DNA from: a virus | Lineage: Duplodnaviria; Caudoviricetes | DNA: 64,000 nucleotides | IMG/VR virus record: IMGVR_UViG_3300021256_000062 | Coordinates: 1 to 64,000 of that record | Strand: one strand, 5' to 3' | Part shown: piece after piece, positions 1-8,974 of the stretch | How the letters are laid out: each line of letters starts with the position of its first letter | Numbering within the stretch: position 1 is the stretch's first letter | Notes under the pieces: model-generated | What the model was told of the DNA's origin: nothing | What the model saw: the letters and a program-made list of their open reading frames with translations, nothing else | Databases searched by the model: none | Translations under genes and position numbers: made by a program

Positions 1-136
1 CGTAGTGATGATTATCTAGTGTGATTAATAGATATTCAATAGGCTCATTGTCTATACTAGAATTTTCAATGTAGTTATCATTTATTGTAAAACCCTCTAG
101 CTCACGCTTGAATCTATCTTTAAGTATCATCTGCAT
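1..136 (-). CDS. hypothetical protein, partial (runs off window start)
   Basis: ATG at 136 just after the stop of 140..343; frame open to position 1 (MQMILKDRFKRELEGF...). Confidence 0.6.
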   Translation of the reverse strand, partial: MQMILKDRFKRELEGFTINDNYIENSSIDNEPIEYLLITLDNHHY

Positions 137-139
137 TTC

Positions 140-343
140 TTATAATCCCTTTCTGTCATCTACCACAGGACTGCCATATAAATCGCCTATAAAGTAGTGT
201 TTGTTTAGTTCTAGTCCTTTAGGTTTATCGGCTATTGAAAATACTTGTAGTGTATTATCTTCGTAATAAAACACGATAGCATAGCCTATTACAAAATTAT
301 CACTTGTGGTTTTTTCTTCTATCTTAAATTCTAATGGTTTCAT
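140..343 (-). CDS. small hypothetical protein, paralog of 59758..59976
   Basis: MKPLEFKIEE..FYYED..DKPKGLELNK shared with 59758..59976. Confidence 0.8.
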   Translation of the reverse strand: MKPLEFKIEEKTTSDNFVIGYAIVFYYEDNTLQVFSIADKPKGLELNKHYFIGDLYGSPVVDDRKGL

Positions 344-972
344 TTAATCATCCCCTTTAAAACTTTCTTTCTAACCTCAATAGTTTTCTCACCATTTAGG
401 ATTTTGCATAACCATTGTGGTTGTATTGAGATTAAGATTTTATCTTCTACATCCCATTCACACACTTTCATCATATTTTGAGGTGCTTTCATAACTTGTT
501 GATAATCATAAAAACTACTGCATTTCTTACAATCAAAACCAAAATTATTGCAACTATCACAAATGATTGAATCATAAGTTTGTGGTTTTCTAGTTGTATA
601 ATCACTTAACTCTCTTGGCTCATCAAATATCTTTAAGTTCTTAATGTGGATTGCATAACCACAATATTCATTTAGAGTTCCTTTTAGATAGTTATTAATT
701 TCATCAAAAGATAAATAAGACTTTTTATATAATTCAAAACAATCAAGACTAGATGTAGAATATCTTGTTCCATTCAAACAACCCCAACCTTTTCTTATCT
801 TCTCAACCTCAAAATCACACTCAGCTACGATTTTGCCGTTTAATATAGGTTGTGTGTCATCACTTGTAAAAGGTCTATCAGTTGGCGATATTACAAATCT
901 ATTGTAGATTGCTTTACCTCTATAATCTCTTAAATAAGGTTTTGCTTTAGTGCAATATAGTAATAGTTTCAT
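340..972 (-). CDS. ASCH/PUA-like domain protein, circularly permuted
   Basis: ASCH signature ILISIQPQW..ILNGEKTIEVRK is at the C-terminus; LYCTK, NGKIVAE, GYAIHIKNLKIFDEP and APQ elements precede it. Confidence 0.75.
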   Translation of the reverse strand: MKLLLYCTKAKPYLRDYRGKAIYNRFVISPTDRPFTSDDTQPILNGKIVAECDFEVEKIRKGWGCLNGTRYSTSSLDCFELYKKSYLSFDEINNYLKGTLNEYCGYAIHIKNLKIFDEPRELSDYTTRKPQTYDSIICDSCNNFGFDCKKCSSFYDYQQVMKAPQNMMKVCEWDVEDKILISIQPQWLCKILNGEKTIEVRKKVLKGMIK

Positions 973-1646
973 CCTAACACCTTTTCTTTATCAGCAAGAT
1001 ATTCTTCTTTTGAAATTTTAACCATTTCTCCGTTTACCTCTTTGTAATATTCATCAAGTTCGATTCTTTCACCTTCTGGAGTGATTACATATAAAAATGC
1101 TCTATGGTCATAATCTCCATTTCTTTTATCTAATAAAAATTCCTCTCCATAAACTTTATACTTTTGATTGCTAGGATTATAAGGCATTGTAATAGGAAAC
1201 ATTTTGTCTATAATTCTAGTTACCCAACCATTACCCCAATAGTGTCCGTTTTCATCCACATAGACAACTCTTTCAACATCAGTATAACTTACTTTGCCAT
1301 CTAAAGTTTCTTTTCTAAAAAGACTAGACTTTCTAGGACATTGTAAATCACTCTTTAATCCTCTTTCTTTTAAATGTTCTTCACTTTCTAGTGGCATATC
1401 ATTTTCAATAAAGAAATCTTCATCAGTAATAGGAGTTAATGGATTGCCCTCCATTAATCTAATTAAAATGTTCTTTGTAATATTAAATGACATACCACTA
1501 TGTTCATCTTCACATAATGATTGATATGCTTTTAATGCTGACTGATAACAAGCACAACCATAATCAAAACTCTTTCCATCCCAATTAGGATTTTCTTTCT
1601 TACATGCAATTTCTACTTCTCTTTTTGCCCATTCACTCATTCTCAT
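969..1646 (-). CDS. phage hypothetical protein
   Basis: 225 aa ORF with ATGA overlaps on both sides. Confidence 0.8.
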   Translation of the reverse strand: MRMSEWAKREVEIACKKENPNWDGKSFDYGCACYQSALKAYQSLCEDEHSGMSFNITKNILIRLMEGNPLTPITDEDFFIENDMPLESEEHLKERGLKSDLQCPRKSSLFRKETLDGKVSYTDVERVVYVDENGHYWGNGWVTRIIDKMFPITMPYNPSNQKYKVYGEEFLLDKRNGDYDHRAFLYVITPEGERIELDEYYKEVNGEMVKISKEEYLADKEKVLG

Positions 1647-2080
1647 TTTAATATCTCCTTTAATAAATCAAATTCTTCTTGAGTAAGTTTATTTTCATAA
1701 ACCATATTGTATTCTTCTAAATCGTACGCTTTTAAACTTGTAATATTTACATTCTTTTTCTTAATAATCTCAAGCACCTTTGCTTGTTCTTGTGCTTTTA
1801 GTAAGGCTTGTTTATAACTTTCAAGGTCTTTTCTTCTTTCTTCAAGTAATTCGCAATCATAATTATTTACTTTATTAAATTCTATTTTATTTTTATTTTC
1901 TACTAAAAAGGTATCAACCATATTTTCTAAATCTTCCAATGCTTCACTAGGGTTTGAATTGTCTATGGATTCTAAACGTTGTAAGGCTTCTTCGATAACA
2001 CCTACATCTTCATTTGCCTCATCACAATAATTAACAAATTCACATAATTCTTTTAATGCTTCTAAATATTCTTTACTCAT
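1643..2080 (-). CDS. hypothetical protein, MSKEYLEAL paralog family
   Basis: RLESIDNxNPSEAL, KQALLKAQE, KNV and LTxEEF blocks shared with 2513..2986 and 61774..62280. Confidence 0.8.
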   Translation of the reverse strand: MSKEYLEALKELCEFVNYCDEANEDVGVIEEALQRLESIDNSNPSEALEDLENMVDTFLVENKNKIEFNKVNNYDCELLEERRKDLESYKQALLKAQEQAKVLEIIKKKNVNITSLKAYDLEEYNMVYENKLTQEEFDLLKEILK

Positions 2081-2300
2081 CTTCCACCTCTACTATCCTA
2101 TTTTCATATTTATATGATGGTTGGATTATGTCTTTATGACAACAAGGACATTCTACTGTTATATTTCCACCAGGATGTCTCTCTTGAGATTTAATATCTT
2201 CAGTTTCAAATTCAAATATGCAACCACAATGTTGACAACTTGTTTTGTAAATCACTTTTATAGTTTTTGGTTTTACACCATCTTTTAATATTTTAATCAT
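2073..2300 (-). CDS. small Zn-ribbon protein
   Basis: CQHC...CPCC. Confidence 0.7.
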   Translation of the reverse strand: MIKILKDGVKPKTIKVIYKTSCQHCGCIFEFETEDIKSQERHPGGNITVECPCCHKDIIQPSYKYENRIVEVEDE

Positions 2301-2318
2301 TTTATTTCACTCTTTCCT

Positions 2319-2528
2319 TTATTTTTCATATCTCTTTTCCTTTAACCATTGCATTAATCCTAAATAACTAGAATTATAACTATGTGCTATTTCATATAAT
2401 TTAGGGCTTGGCTGAACTGGTTTATTTGTAGCAAAGTCGAAAGATGGTTCATTAATACACCAATCTGCAAACTCTTCATCAGTTAATGATTCTAACCATT
2501 CTCTATTTGTCATTATAATTTTGACCAC
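2319..2528 (-). CDS. hypothetical protein
   Basis: 69 aa ORF in tightly packed array. Confidence 0.7.
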   Translation of the reverse strand: MVKIIMTNREWLESLTDEEFADWCINEPSFDFATNKPVQPSPKLYEIAHSYNSSYLGLMQWLKEKRYEK

Positions 2529-2986
2529 TCTTTCAATGTATTAAATTCTTCTTCGGTAAGTCTACGATAACTCCAATTCATTTTTGAATTATAATCATCT
2601 AATGTTTCACTATCAGTTAAAGTATCGAAATCTACATTCTTTTCCTTAATAATGCTTAACACCTTTTTATATTCAACATTTTCTTGTTCTATTTCTTGAG
2701 ATTTTAGTAAGGATTGTTTTAATATTTCAATTTGATTTTTAAGCCAAATTTGATTATAACTTATTGTTCCTATTTCTTTATTAAGTAGTCCATCATTTTC
2801 AAATGTTTCAAGTATTCCTGACGCCTCACTGAATTTGACATTATCTATAGATTCAAATCTATTTAAATAATTTAAAACCTTATCTTTATCTTTTAATATT
2901 TCATCATTCATAGTAGGATTATAAAAACCTAAAGCTCCAAAGTTTGCAAAAATAATACTTTTAATTTCTTCTATTTCTCTACTCAT
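2513..2986 (-). CDS. hypothetical protein, MSKEYLEAL paralog family
   Basis: RFESIDNVKFSEA, KQSLLKSQE, KNVD, LTEEEF. Confidence 0.8.
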   Translation of the reverse strand: MSREIEEIKSIIFANFGALGFYNPTMNDEILKDKDKVLNYLNRFESIDNVKFSEASGILETFENDGLLNKEIGTISYNQIWLKNQIEILKQSLLKSQEIEQENVEYKKVLSIIKEKNVDFDTLTDSETLDDYNSKMNWSYRRLTEEEFNTLKEWSKL

Positions 2987-2989
2987 AAT

Positions 2990-3238
2990 CTAATCCTCCT
3001 TATATTCATCATACTTCTTTAAATAAGGCATCAATTCTTTTCTGTCTTTATTTAACTTATTTATATCAACTTCTAAATTTAGCATTTCTTGAATTTCATC
3101 AAAAATGTTTAAATAACACTTTGATATTTTATAAAGGTATAAACCACAACACTCACATGCATCATTAAATCTTTCACATATAACCCTAAGGTCTTTCTTA
3201 TCTAAATCTTTAATTTTTACCAAATTTTCTTTATCCAT
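2990..3238 (-). CDS. small Cys-rich hypothetical protein
   Basis: KIKDL..ICERF..CECC..CY; weakly resembles 59170..59430. Confidence 0.65.
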   Translation of the reverse strand: MDKENLVKIKDLDKKDLRVICERFNDACECCGLYLYKISKCYLNIFDEIQEMLNLEVDINKLNKDRKELMPYLKKYDEYKED

Positions 3239-3244
3239 TATATA

Positions 3245-3673
3245 TTATTCCTCCTTTAATATAGAAATAGCTTTCTCAATAAATTCAAGTATATCTTCAT
3301 ATCTACAAACAGTACTATATAAACCATTTTCAAAATAATAATCATCTTCATGATTGCTATAAATATATTCAGTAATCTTATCAAATAACTTCCTAGTTAA
3401 AGTTTTATCATTACCTGAATCACAATCTTCTTTAATATATTGATATAAAGCATCATAGAACTTTTCTCTTGATTCATTTAATTGTCTTATAAATTCTATT
3501 TTATTGTTTTCTATCTTTACATTTTCTTCAATAACTTTCTCTCTATTCCACTTAACAGATTTATCTTCATCAAAAACATAATCTGTGGGATATGGATTAG
3601 ATTTAATTTTAAAATTTTCCTTTTGCTTAGCTTGCCATTTGTTATATAATAATTCTAATTCATCAAACTCCAT
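3245..3673 (-). CDS. hypothetical protein
   Basis: start moved to ATG 3673 after GGAGGAG RBS. Confidence 0.75.
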   Translation of the reverse strand: MEFDELELLYNKWQAKQKENFKIKSNPYPTDYVFDEDKSVKWNREKVIEENVKIENNKIEFIRQLNESREKFYDALYQYIKEDCDSGNDKTLTRKLFDKITEYIYSNHEDDYYFENGLYSTVCRYEDILEFIEKAISILKEE

Positions 3674-3677
3674 ATTA

Positions 3678-4052
3678 TTACTCCTCCACATATTCTTTTC
3701 TTAGTTCTTCAATTCTTAATTTATCCTCTTCATCAAATACCTTTGGATAAACTGAGAATAATGCAGTTCCTAATGCGTCAATTTCAGCATCAATTTCTGT
3801 GTATTTATTTGGATAGATGGAAGCATAAGTCTTCCACTCATGTCTAGCGGTAAAATATTCATTTAATAAACCTTTAATATAATACTTTCTACTAATATCA
3901 ATTAATGCACGTTCAAATAAACTAATTAGTTCATCATTTGTATATACATCAGGTTCACAACCAGTATATTTACACATTAATTCAATTAACTTATTCTTAC
4001 TACCACGACTTAACCAAACTAATAAACTTAATTCATCAATTTCTTTAAACAT
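3678..4052 (-). CDS. hypothetical protein
   Basis: 124 aa ORF, packed array. Confidence 0.75.
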   Translation of the reverse strand: MFKEIDELSLLVWLSRGSKNKLIELMCKYTGCEPDVYTNDELISLFERALIDISRKYYIKGLLNEYFTARHEWKTYASIYPNKYTEIDAEIDALGTALFSVYPKVFDEEDKLRIEELRKEYVEE

Positions 4053-4055
4053 AAC

Positions 4056-4295
4056 CTATTCCTCCGTTAATTGTTCCTTAATTATATTATCAACTATAAC
4101 ATCAGTTTCTATTTCATATAGATAACACTCATATTTTAATCTAACACCAGCGTCATAGGTTAATGATTCAATCTTTTCTTTTACTTGTTCTGCTTTTTCC
4201 TTACTAGTAAATAATCCAACTAATCTACAAGGGTCATTTGTGTGATATTGATACATATCTCCTATATAACAATACTCTAATCTATAAATCTTCAT
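4056..4295 (-). CDS. hypothetical protein
   Basis: start moved to ATG 4295 (MKIYRLEY) after AGGAGG. Confidence 0.75.
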   Translation of the reverse strand: MKIYRLEYCYIGDMYQYHTNDPCRLVGLFTSKEKAEQVKEKIESLTYDAGVRLKYECYLYEIETDVIVDNIIKEQLTEE

Positions 4296-4308
4296 ATAAT
4301 AGTCCTCC

Positions 4309-4548
4309 TTAAATATGAAATAACCAATAAATAAGTTTACCAATATATAGAATTGGAAATAATATAAATAGTAGTATATAACAAACAATACATCCAAACC
4401 AATTCATTTCTGTATTATCTTTAATGTCTTTTGGCATTGGAACAAACTCACACCACTCATCATATAACTTTGCACAGATAGCTGCACCAAACATATTTAT
4501 AATTACTTCAGTAAAAATTACAAGAAACAAAATTTGATACCATTCCAT
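4309..4548 (-). CDS. small 2-TM membrane protein, paralog of 59446..59715
   Basis: two hydrophobic stretches; P..I/L..(M/V)N..G...P....Y.LF..FHI pattern shared. Confidence 0.75.
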   Translation of the reverse strand: MEWYQILFLVIFTEVIINMFGAAICAKLYDEWCEFVPMPKDIKDNTEMNWFGCIVCYILLFILFPILYIGKLIYWLFHI

Positions 4549-4551
4549 AAT

Positions 4552-4917
4552 TTATTCCCCCTTATATATTGAAAAATTAATTGGACGTAATTGGTGATAA
4601 TAATTTGTTTCAGCTACTTTAACTTTAACTCCATCATATCTAGTTATTATACCAATTATTTTTTCTCCATTTTTGAAGTCACAATTATCTTTTGCAAATT
4701 CATAATCCTTAATAGCTTTCCAAGTAAAAGTTTTATCTTTAGTTTCAATAACAAACTCATCACATAAATCTTCTACCTTATCCGATAATTTAAGTGCATC
4801 ACATTTATCTAGATAATGAGGAACATATTTATTTATACTTGTGCCATTTTTAATTTCATACATATCCCTATGTTCACCGATAATAGTTACTATATCGAAT
4901 TTTGTTCTAGCATACAT
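4552..4917 (-). CDS. hypothetical protein
   Basis: 121 aa ORF, GGAGG RBS. Confidence 0.75.
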   Translation of the reverse strand: MYARTKFDIVTIIGEHRDMYEIKNGTSINKYVPHYLDKCDALKLSDKVEDLCDEFVIETKDKTFTWKAIKDYEFAKDNCDFKNGEKIIGIITRYDGVKVKVAETNYYHQLRPINFSIYKGE

Positions 4918-4920
4918 ATT

Positions 4921-5103
4921 TTATTCCTCCATTATCATTTTTGTTTTTACATCTTTAACAACTACCATAAAGTTTTTAAGTTTTTCTCCAACTAACATTT
5001 CTGCTATTCTTTGTGGGTTGTTAGGTCTTAATTCAACAAACCAATTACCTCTTACTACTTTATTATTAGATGATTTTCTAGTTTTAAATTTAATTTGTTT
5101 CAT
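4921..5103 (-). CDS. hypothetical protein
   Basis: 60 aa ORF, GAGGT RBS. Confidence 0.65.
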   Translation of the reverse strand: MKQIKFKTRKSSNNKVVRGNWFVELRPNNPQRIAEMLVGEKLKNFMVVVKDVKTKMIMEE

Positions 5104-5104
5104 C

Positions 5105-5272
5105 TTACATTACCTCTTTTTGTCCTACACTGTAATTACAATAAGGATTATCATTTTGTTTATTTAATTTATCTACTTCTCTTTTAACTTCTTCATAGTC
5201 ATAACTCTCACTATCTCTTTGATGAAATGAACCTTCACAATTATTAAATACAATATAATATAACTTTTTCAT
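5105..5272 (-). CDS. 55 aa hypothetical protein (not in ORF track)
   Basis: hand-translated MKKLYYIVFNNCEGSFHQRDSESYDYEEVKREVDKLNKQNDNPYCNYSVGQKEVM; fills the gap. Confidence 0.7.
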   Translation of the reverse strand: MKKLYYIVFNNCEGSFHQRDSESYDYEEVKREVDKLNKQNDNPYCNYSVGQKEVM

Positions 5273-5287
5273 AGTTATCACTCTTCC

Positions 5288-5476
5288 TTATCTAGTTAAT
5301 AATCTCCAATCTAATTCCATACCATCTTTAGAAATATAGTATGTACAAAATCCTTGATTATAAGTATCTCTATAGTTATCATCAAACCACTTTCTAATTG
5401 CTTTAAATGAAGTTGATGTAAATTCTGCAGATATATGACCTAATACCCATATCTCAATTTTATATAATCCATTCAT
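5288..5476 (-). CDS. hypothetical protein
   Basis: first gene after promoter 5504..5532; GGTGA RBS before ATG 5476. Confidence 0.7.
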   Translation of the reverse strand: MNGLYKIEIWVLGHISAEFTSTSFKAIRKWFDDNYRDTYNQGFCTYYISKDGMELDWRLLTR

Positions 5477-5503
5477 ATAATCACCATCCATATCTATACA
5501 TAT

Positions 5504-5532
5504 ATTATAATATAAAAAGGTCTATAAATCAA
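5504..5532 (-). promoter_or_regulatory. sigma-A/70-type promoter
   Basis: TTGATT-17 bp-TATAAT. Confidence 0.75.
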
Positions 5533-5541
5533 GACCTTTTT
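5514..5541. terminator. inverted repeat / probable intrinsic terminator overlapping the promoter
   Basis: AAAAAGGTCT-8 nt-AGACCTTTTT directly after the stop of 5541..5819. Confidence 0.7.
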
Positions 5542-5819
5542 TAAAATTCTTTTAAAGTATTTGCAGTAAAGCATACACAGTCCTTATATAAGAAGTTATC
5601 ATCTTTCTTTCCATTCTTATCAAAGGCATCATAACTATTCCAACCACTCTTATGAGGAATAACTACTTCTTTTCTTATAGGTAAGTTAGGATATTCCTTT
5701 TCTAATATCTCAAACAATTCCTGTTCAGACTTATCACTATAGCCTATTACCTTTGAGTCTCCAGCAGGGTCACCTTTACCTACACAATAAAATCTAAAAT
5801 ATTTAACTATCCATTTCAT
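5541..5819 (-). CDS. hypothetical protein
   Basis: 92 aa ORF. Confidence 0.7.
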   Translation of the reverse strand: MKWIVKYFRFYCVGKGDPAGDSKVIGYSDKSEQELFEILEKEYPNLPIRKEVVIPHKSGWNSYDAFDKNGKKDDNFLYKDCVCFTANTLKEF

Positions 5820-5822
5820 ATA

Positions 5823-5999
5823 TTATTCACTCTTATCTCTCTTAAACTTAATTCCATTTATAATCAAATAATCAAACTGTTCTATTTTTTCATTAGGAAC
5901 TTCAATTTTTAAATCTATTGAAGTTTGGTGTAAATAAATATGGTCACATTCAATTATTAAATTTTTATATGGTTCAACCTTTAATGTATTTTCTTCCAT
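5823..5999 (-). CDS. 58 aa hypothetical protein (not in ORF track)
   Basis: MEENTLKVEPY...GIKFKRDKSE; ends in the junction motif. Confidence 0.7.
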   Translation of the reverse strand: MEENTLKVEPYKNLIIECDHIYLHQTSIDLKIEVPNEKIEQFDYLIINGIKFKRDKSE

Positions 6000-6004
6000 A
6001 TCTA

Positions 6005-6184
6005 TTAACTCTCATCCTTATAATCATTTATAAATGCTTCCTTCTTTAACTTATCTATTTCTTCTTTCTTATTTTCACAATCCCTACATATATATAATCT
6101 AGGTAAATATGGTCCGACAAGTTCTTTAGCATATATGATTTTTATAGTATAAACCTCTTTACCACATACTGAACATTTTTCCAT
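6005..6184 (-). CDS. 59 aa Zn-finger microprotein (not in ORF track)
   Basis: MEKCSVCGKE...ICRDCENK; GGAG RBS. Confidence 0.7.
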   Translation of the reverse strand: MEKCSVCGKEVYTIKIIYAKELVGPYLPRLYICRDCENKKEEIDKLKKEAFINDYKDES

Positions 6185-6188
6185 AATT

Positions 6189-6608
6189 CTATTCTCCCTT
6201 TAATCTTTTAATTTCTTTTTTCAAATCTTTTTTACATTTGTAGGGATATATTTGTAATTGAAATCCAAATGCTTTATTTAAATCTTGCAATCTTTCTAAA
6301 TAGTTTTTAAGTGTAGAATAACTTGAAAACTTTGCTCTTCCGTTAACAACATCATTAATATCATTACACATTTCCACAAATCTTAAATAAGCATATTTCT
6401 TTGTATCCTCTTCATTAGTAAATATATGAGATTCTTCTATTCGTGTTTTAAAAAATGAAGCACATTTAATACTATAGAAAAACATATTAAGCAATTCGCT
6501 ATAACTAATGGTTATTATTTTCCCTTTACAAATACAATAGTGTTCATCCCTAATTAAACAATAAACTTCATCACCTAAATTATATTTTGGTTTTTTATTG
6601 CAATTCAT
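6189..6608 (-). CDS. hypothetical protein (SH3/KOW-like N-terminus possible)
   Basis: KYNLGDEVY..KGKI pattern. Confidence 0.65.
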   Translation of the reverse strand: MNCNKKPKYNLGDEVYCLIRDEHYCICKGKIITISYSELLNMFFYSIKCASFFKTRIEESHIFTNEEDTKKYAYLRFVEMCNDINDVVNGRAKFSSYSTLKNYLERLQDLNKAFGFQLQIYPYKCKKDLKKEIKRLKGE

Positions 6609-6611
6609 ACT

Positions 6612-6833
6612 CTATTCACTCCTATCCCTAATTTCAAAATTATTAGTTAAATGTTTAATTGATTTAATATGACTTGCCTTATAAACATATATATTCCAAA
6701 TACTATCAAAAGGAAATAATTTATATTTATTATCTATTTTTATAAACCATCCCCTATGTACAAAATAATTACAATCCATAATTTCAACAGGACATTGATT
6801 AAAATTCTTTAAAATTTCATCAGTGATTCTCAT
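6612..6833 (-). CDS. hypothetical protein
   Basis: 73 aa ORF ending DRSE. Confidence 0.7.
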   Translation of the reverse strand: MRITDEILKNFNQCPVEIMDCNYFVHRGWFIKIDNKYKLFPFDSIWNIYVYKASHIKSIKHLTNNFEIRDRSE

Positions 6834-6836
6834 ATA

Positions 6837-7100
6837 TTACTTACTCCTATTATTCCAAGCCTTTACAGCTTCTGCTTTTGCTACTTCATTAAAATCTATA
6901 TCCATATATTGTCTATATGCAGGTTTATCATCTTCATTACATTTTACTAAAACTCTTGGACCATAAGTATTACAATCTTTACAATATACACATGTTCTAT
7001 AATTAGTATAATCATAAGTTTGAACTCTTTTAGCTGATATATCTAACTTATTACTTCCACAAAAAGGACAAGGTTTTAAATTATAATTACTAATATCCAT
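6837..7100 (-). CDS. Lar-like (restriction alleviation family) Zn-finger protein
   Basis: LKPCPFCG...CKDCNTYGP...AVKAWNNR. Confidence 0.7.
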   Translation of the reverse strand: MDISNYNLKPCPFCGSNKLDISAKRVQTYDYTNYRTCVYCKDCNTYGPRVLVKCNEDDKPAYRQYMDIDFNEVAKAEAVKAWNNRSK

Positions 7101-7102
7101 TT

Positions 7103-7270
7103 TTATTCACTCTTATCCTTTTCTAATTTATCATAATTAATTAATTCTACAACTTTGTCATATTTTGGACAACATTCACATAAACCAAATTCTTGGCAAT
7201 ATGTTAAATCTTCCCACCATTTTTCTTTTTTAAAAGGACAATTTTTTTCAATTTCATTAATATCTATCAT
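7103..7270 (-). CDS. 55 aa Cys-rich protein (not in ORF track)
   Basis: MIDINEIEKNCPF...YCQEFGLCECCPKY...DKSE. Confidence 0.7.
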   Translation of the reverse strand: MIDINEIEKNCPFKKEKWWEDLTYCQEFGLCECCPKYDKVVELINYDKLEKDKSE

Positions 7271-7272
7271 AT

Positions 7273-7665
7273 TTATTCACTCTTATCCTTAATCTTATAA
7301 AAAATGCTGTTTATTTTACAAAGTTCTTTTTCATTAGATTTGTAAGGAGACCATCTTTCATCTAATCGTCCTGTAACACTATCTATGTAATAAACCTTTT
7401 TTAGTAATTTTATAAATTCAATTATTTCCTCTAACGGACAGCCTAGTTGTTTTTGTAAATCAACAACCTCTTTAATAGTGTCTAATGCCTCAACCATTTC
7501 ATTTACATCTTTACAAAAATCATCATCATTAGTTTCTTGATAATCTTGAAACATATTAATAGTCTCTTCTCTATCATTTAAATACTTAACTTTATTACCT
7601 TGTAGTGTATTATGATTTGAACAACAAAAGTTATCTATTTTATTGAATGCTTTTTCTAAATCCAT
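7273..7665 (-). CDS. hypothetical protein
   Basis: KQLGCPL block shared with 59979..60440; ends DKSE. Confidence 0.75.
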   Translation of the reverse strand: MDLEKAFNKIDNFCCSNHNTLQGNKVKYLNDREETINMFQDYQETNDDDFCKDVNEMVEALDTIKEVVDLQKQLGCPLEEIIEFIKLLKKVYYIDSVTGRLDERWSPYKSNEKELCKINSIFYKIKDKSE

Positions 7666-7668
7666 ATA

Positions 7669-7869
7669 TTACTCCTTATTATGTTCCTTATGATTATGCT
7701 GACTATATTTATCCTTAAATCCCATTAATGCTAATTCATCAATGAATTCATAGAATTCAGCTGGCGTAATTTCATTACATTGACATCTTGAATTAAAATC
7801 GAAATGTCCATCTCCTACACAACATCTAACTATATATTCTCTAACATTATTAAAAGTTCTCTTATCCAT
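7669..7869 (-). CDS. hypothetical protein
   Basis: 66 aa ORF. Confidence 0.65.
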   Translation of the reverse strand: MDKRTFNNVREYIVRCCVGDGHFDFNSRCQCNEITPAEFYEFIDELALMGFKDKYSQHNHKEHNKE

Positions 7870-7872
7870 TAT

Positions 7873-8943
7873 TTACTCCTTAAATAATACTTGTTTATAG
7901 ATAGGTCTTAAGATTGATTCATAGATTTTATTTAAATCACAAGCTTTAGGTAATGTTGTTGATTCTTTTAATTGTTCAGATTCACTTTCTAGTTCATTTA
8001 ATAATTTATAGAACTCATCAGTAACTCCACCATTTTCAGTTCTATACTTACCATTTCTGATATCCATTAATAAATCGTGTTCATCGACTCTAAATGTATG
8101 TAAGTCACCATCTCTTAAGATTTCATTACACATAAAATATAATCTGATTAGATGCATCATATGTTTATTTAAATGTAAATCATCTTTCTTCTTATTTCTT
8201 TGTCCTTCAGTATTTTTATAATCAGCTACTACATTACAAGTTTCAGACATAATTACTCTAAAGTATGCTAATGGGAAATGTTGTAAATTAATATCACAAT
8301 ATAATCCATAAGTTTCATTTCCTACTTCACTGATATTTGCATATGGTGTATTTTCATCTACATAAATTTTAAATTGGTCTTCATTGAAATTTAACTTTTC
8401 AACACAATTTTGTAAACAGTTATTAACACTTCTACAGATATGTTCTGCCATTTCTTCTTCAGTTAATACTTCCCCATCTCTACATAATGCATTTTCTAAT
8501 CTATTTAATTGTGCATGTGCATAACCACCAAAAGTATAGTATGCACGTTTAGTTAGGAATAGATGTCTATTATCTAATAAGATTTTTCCTAATGGACTTA
8601 CATATAAATAATGTTCTGGTTTACAAAATAACATCTCAATGATATTAGGATTGCATCCAATTACTAAATCAATAAATTTATTTAAACTATAGATTGTAGT
8701 ATCAGTTGCTTTATCTTGTCTTTGTTCAAAATGAGTAACACCTAAAATATCCTTTTCAGTATTTAAAGCTACACCTCTAACATCCACATCTGATGTCTCA
8801 ATATTTGTACCATAACTATATGAACCACCTAAACATAAGAATAAAATCTTATCCTTTCCTAGATGTTCATCCTCCCATAAAAATTTATATTCTTCACTGT
8901 TAAAAACTTTATCTTTAATTTCTTCTAGTGTCATATTATTCAT
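7873..8943 (-). CDS. Pol-beta superfamily nucleotidyltransferase (RlaP/Nuc-transf-like)
   Basis: GGSYSYGTNIETSDVDVRGV (GS..DxD), CNPNIIEML, F.GYA, K.MMHLIRL. Confidence 0.8.
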   Translation of the reverse strand: MNNMTLEEIKDKVFNSEEYKFLWEDEHLGKDKILFLCLGGSYSYGTNIETSDVDVRGVALNTEKDILGVTHFEQRQDKATDTTIYSLNKFIDLVIGCNPNIIEMLFCKPEHYLYVSPLGKILLDNRHLFLTKRAYYTFGGYAHAQLNRLENALCRDGEVLTEEEMAEHICRSVNNCLQNCVEKLNFNEDQFKIYVDENTPYANISEVGNETYGLYCDINLQHFPLAYFRVIMSETCNVVADYKNTEGQRNKKKDDLHLNKHMMHLIRLYFMCNEILRDGDLHTFRVDEHDLLMDIRNGKYRTENGGVTDEFYKLLNELESESEQLKESTTLPKACDLNKIYESILRPIYKQVLFKE

Positions 8944-8974
8944 CCCTCTCTTTATTTATATAATTTTCATATTT

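Noticed and set aside
5823-7287. CRISPR array or integron attC sites at the junction motif
   Set aside because: Motif is 15 bp, coding, non-palindromic and separated by whole genes; no cas or integrase seen.
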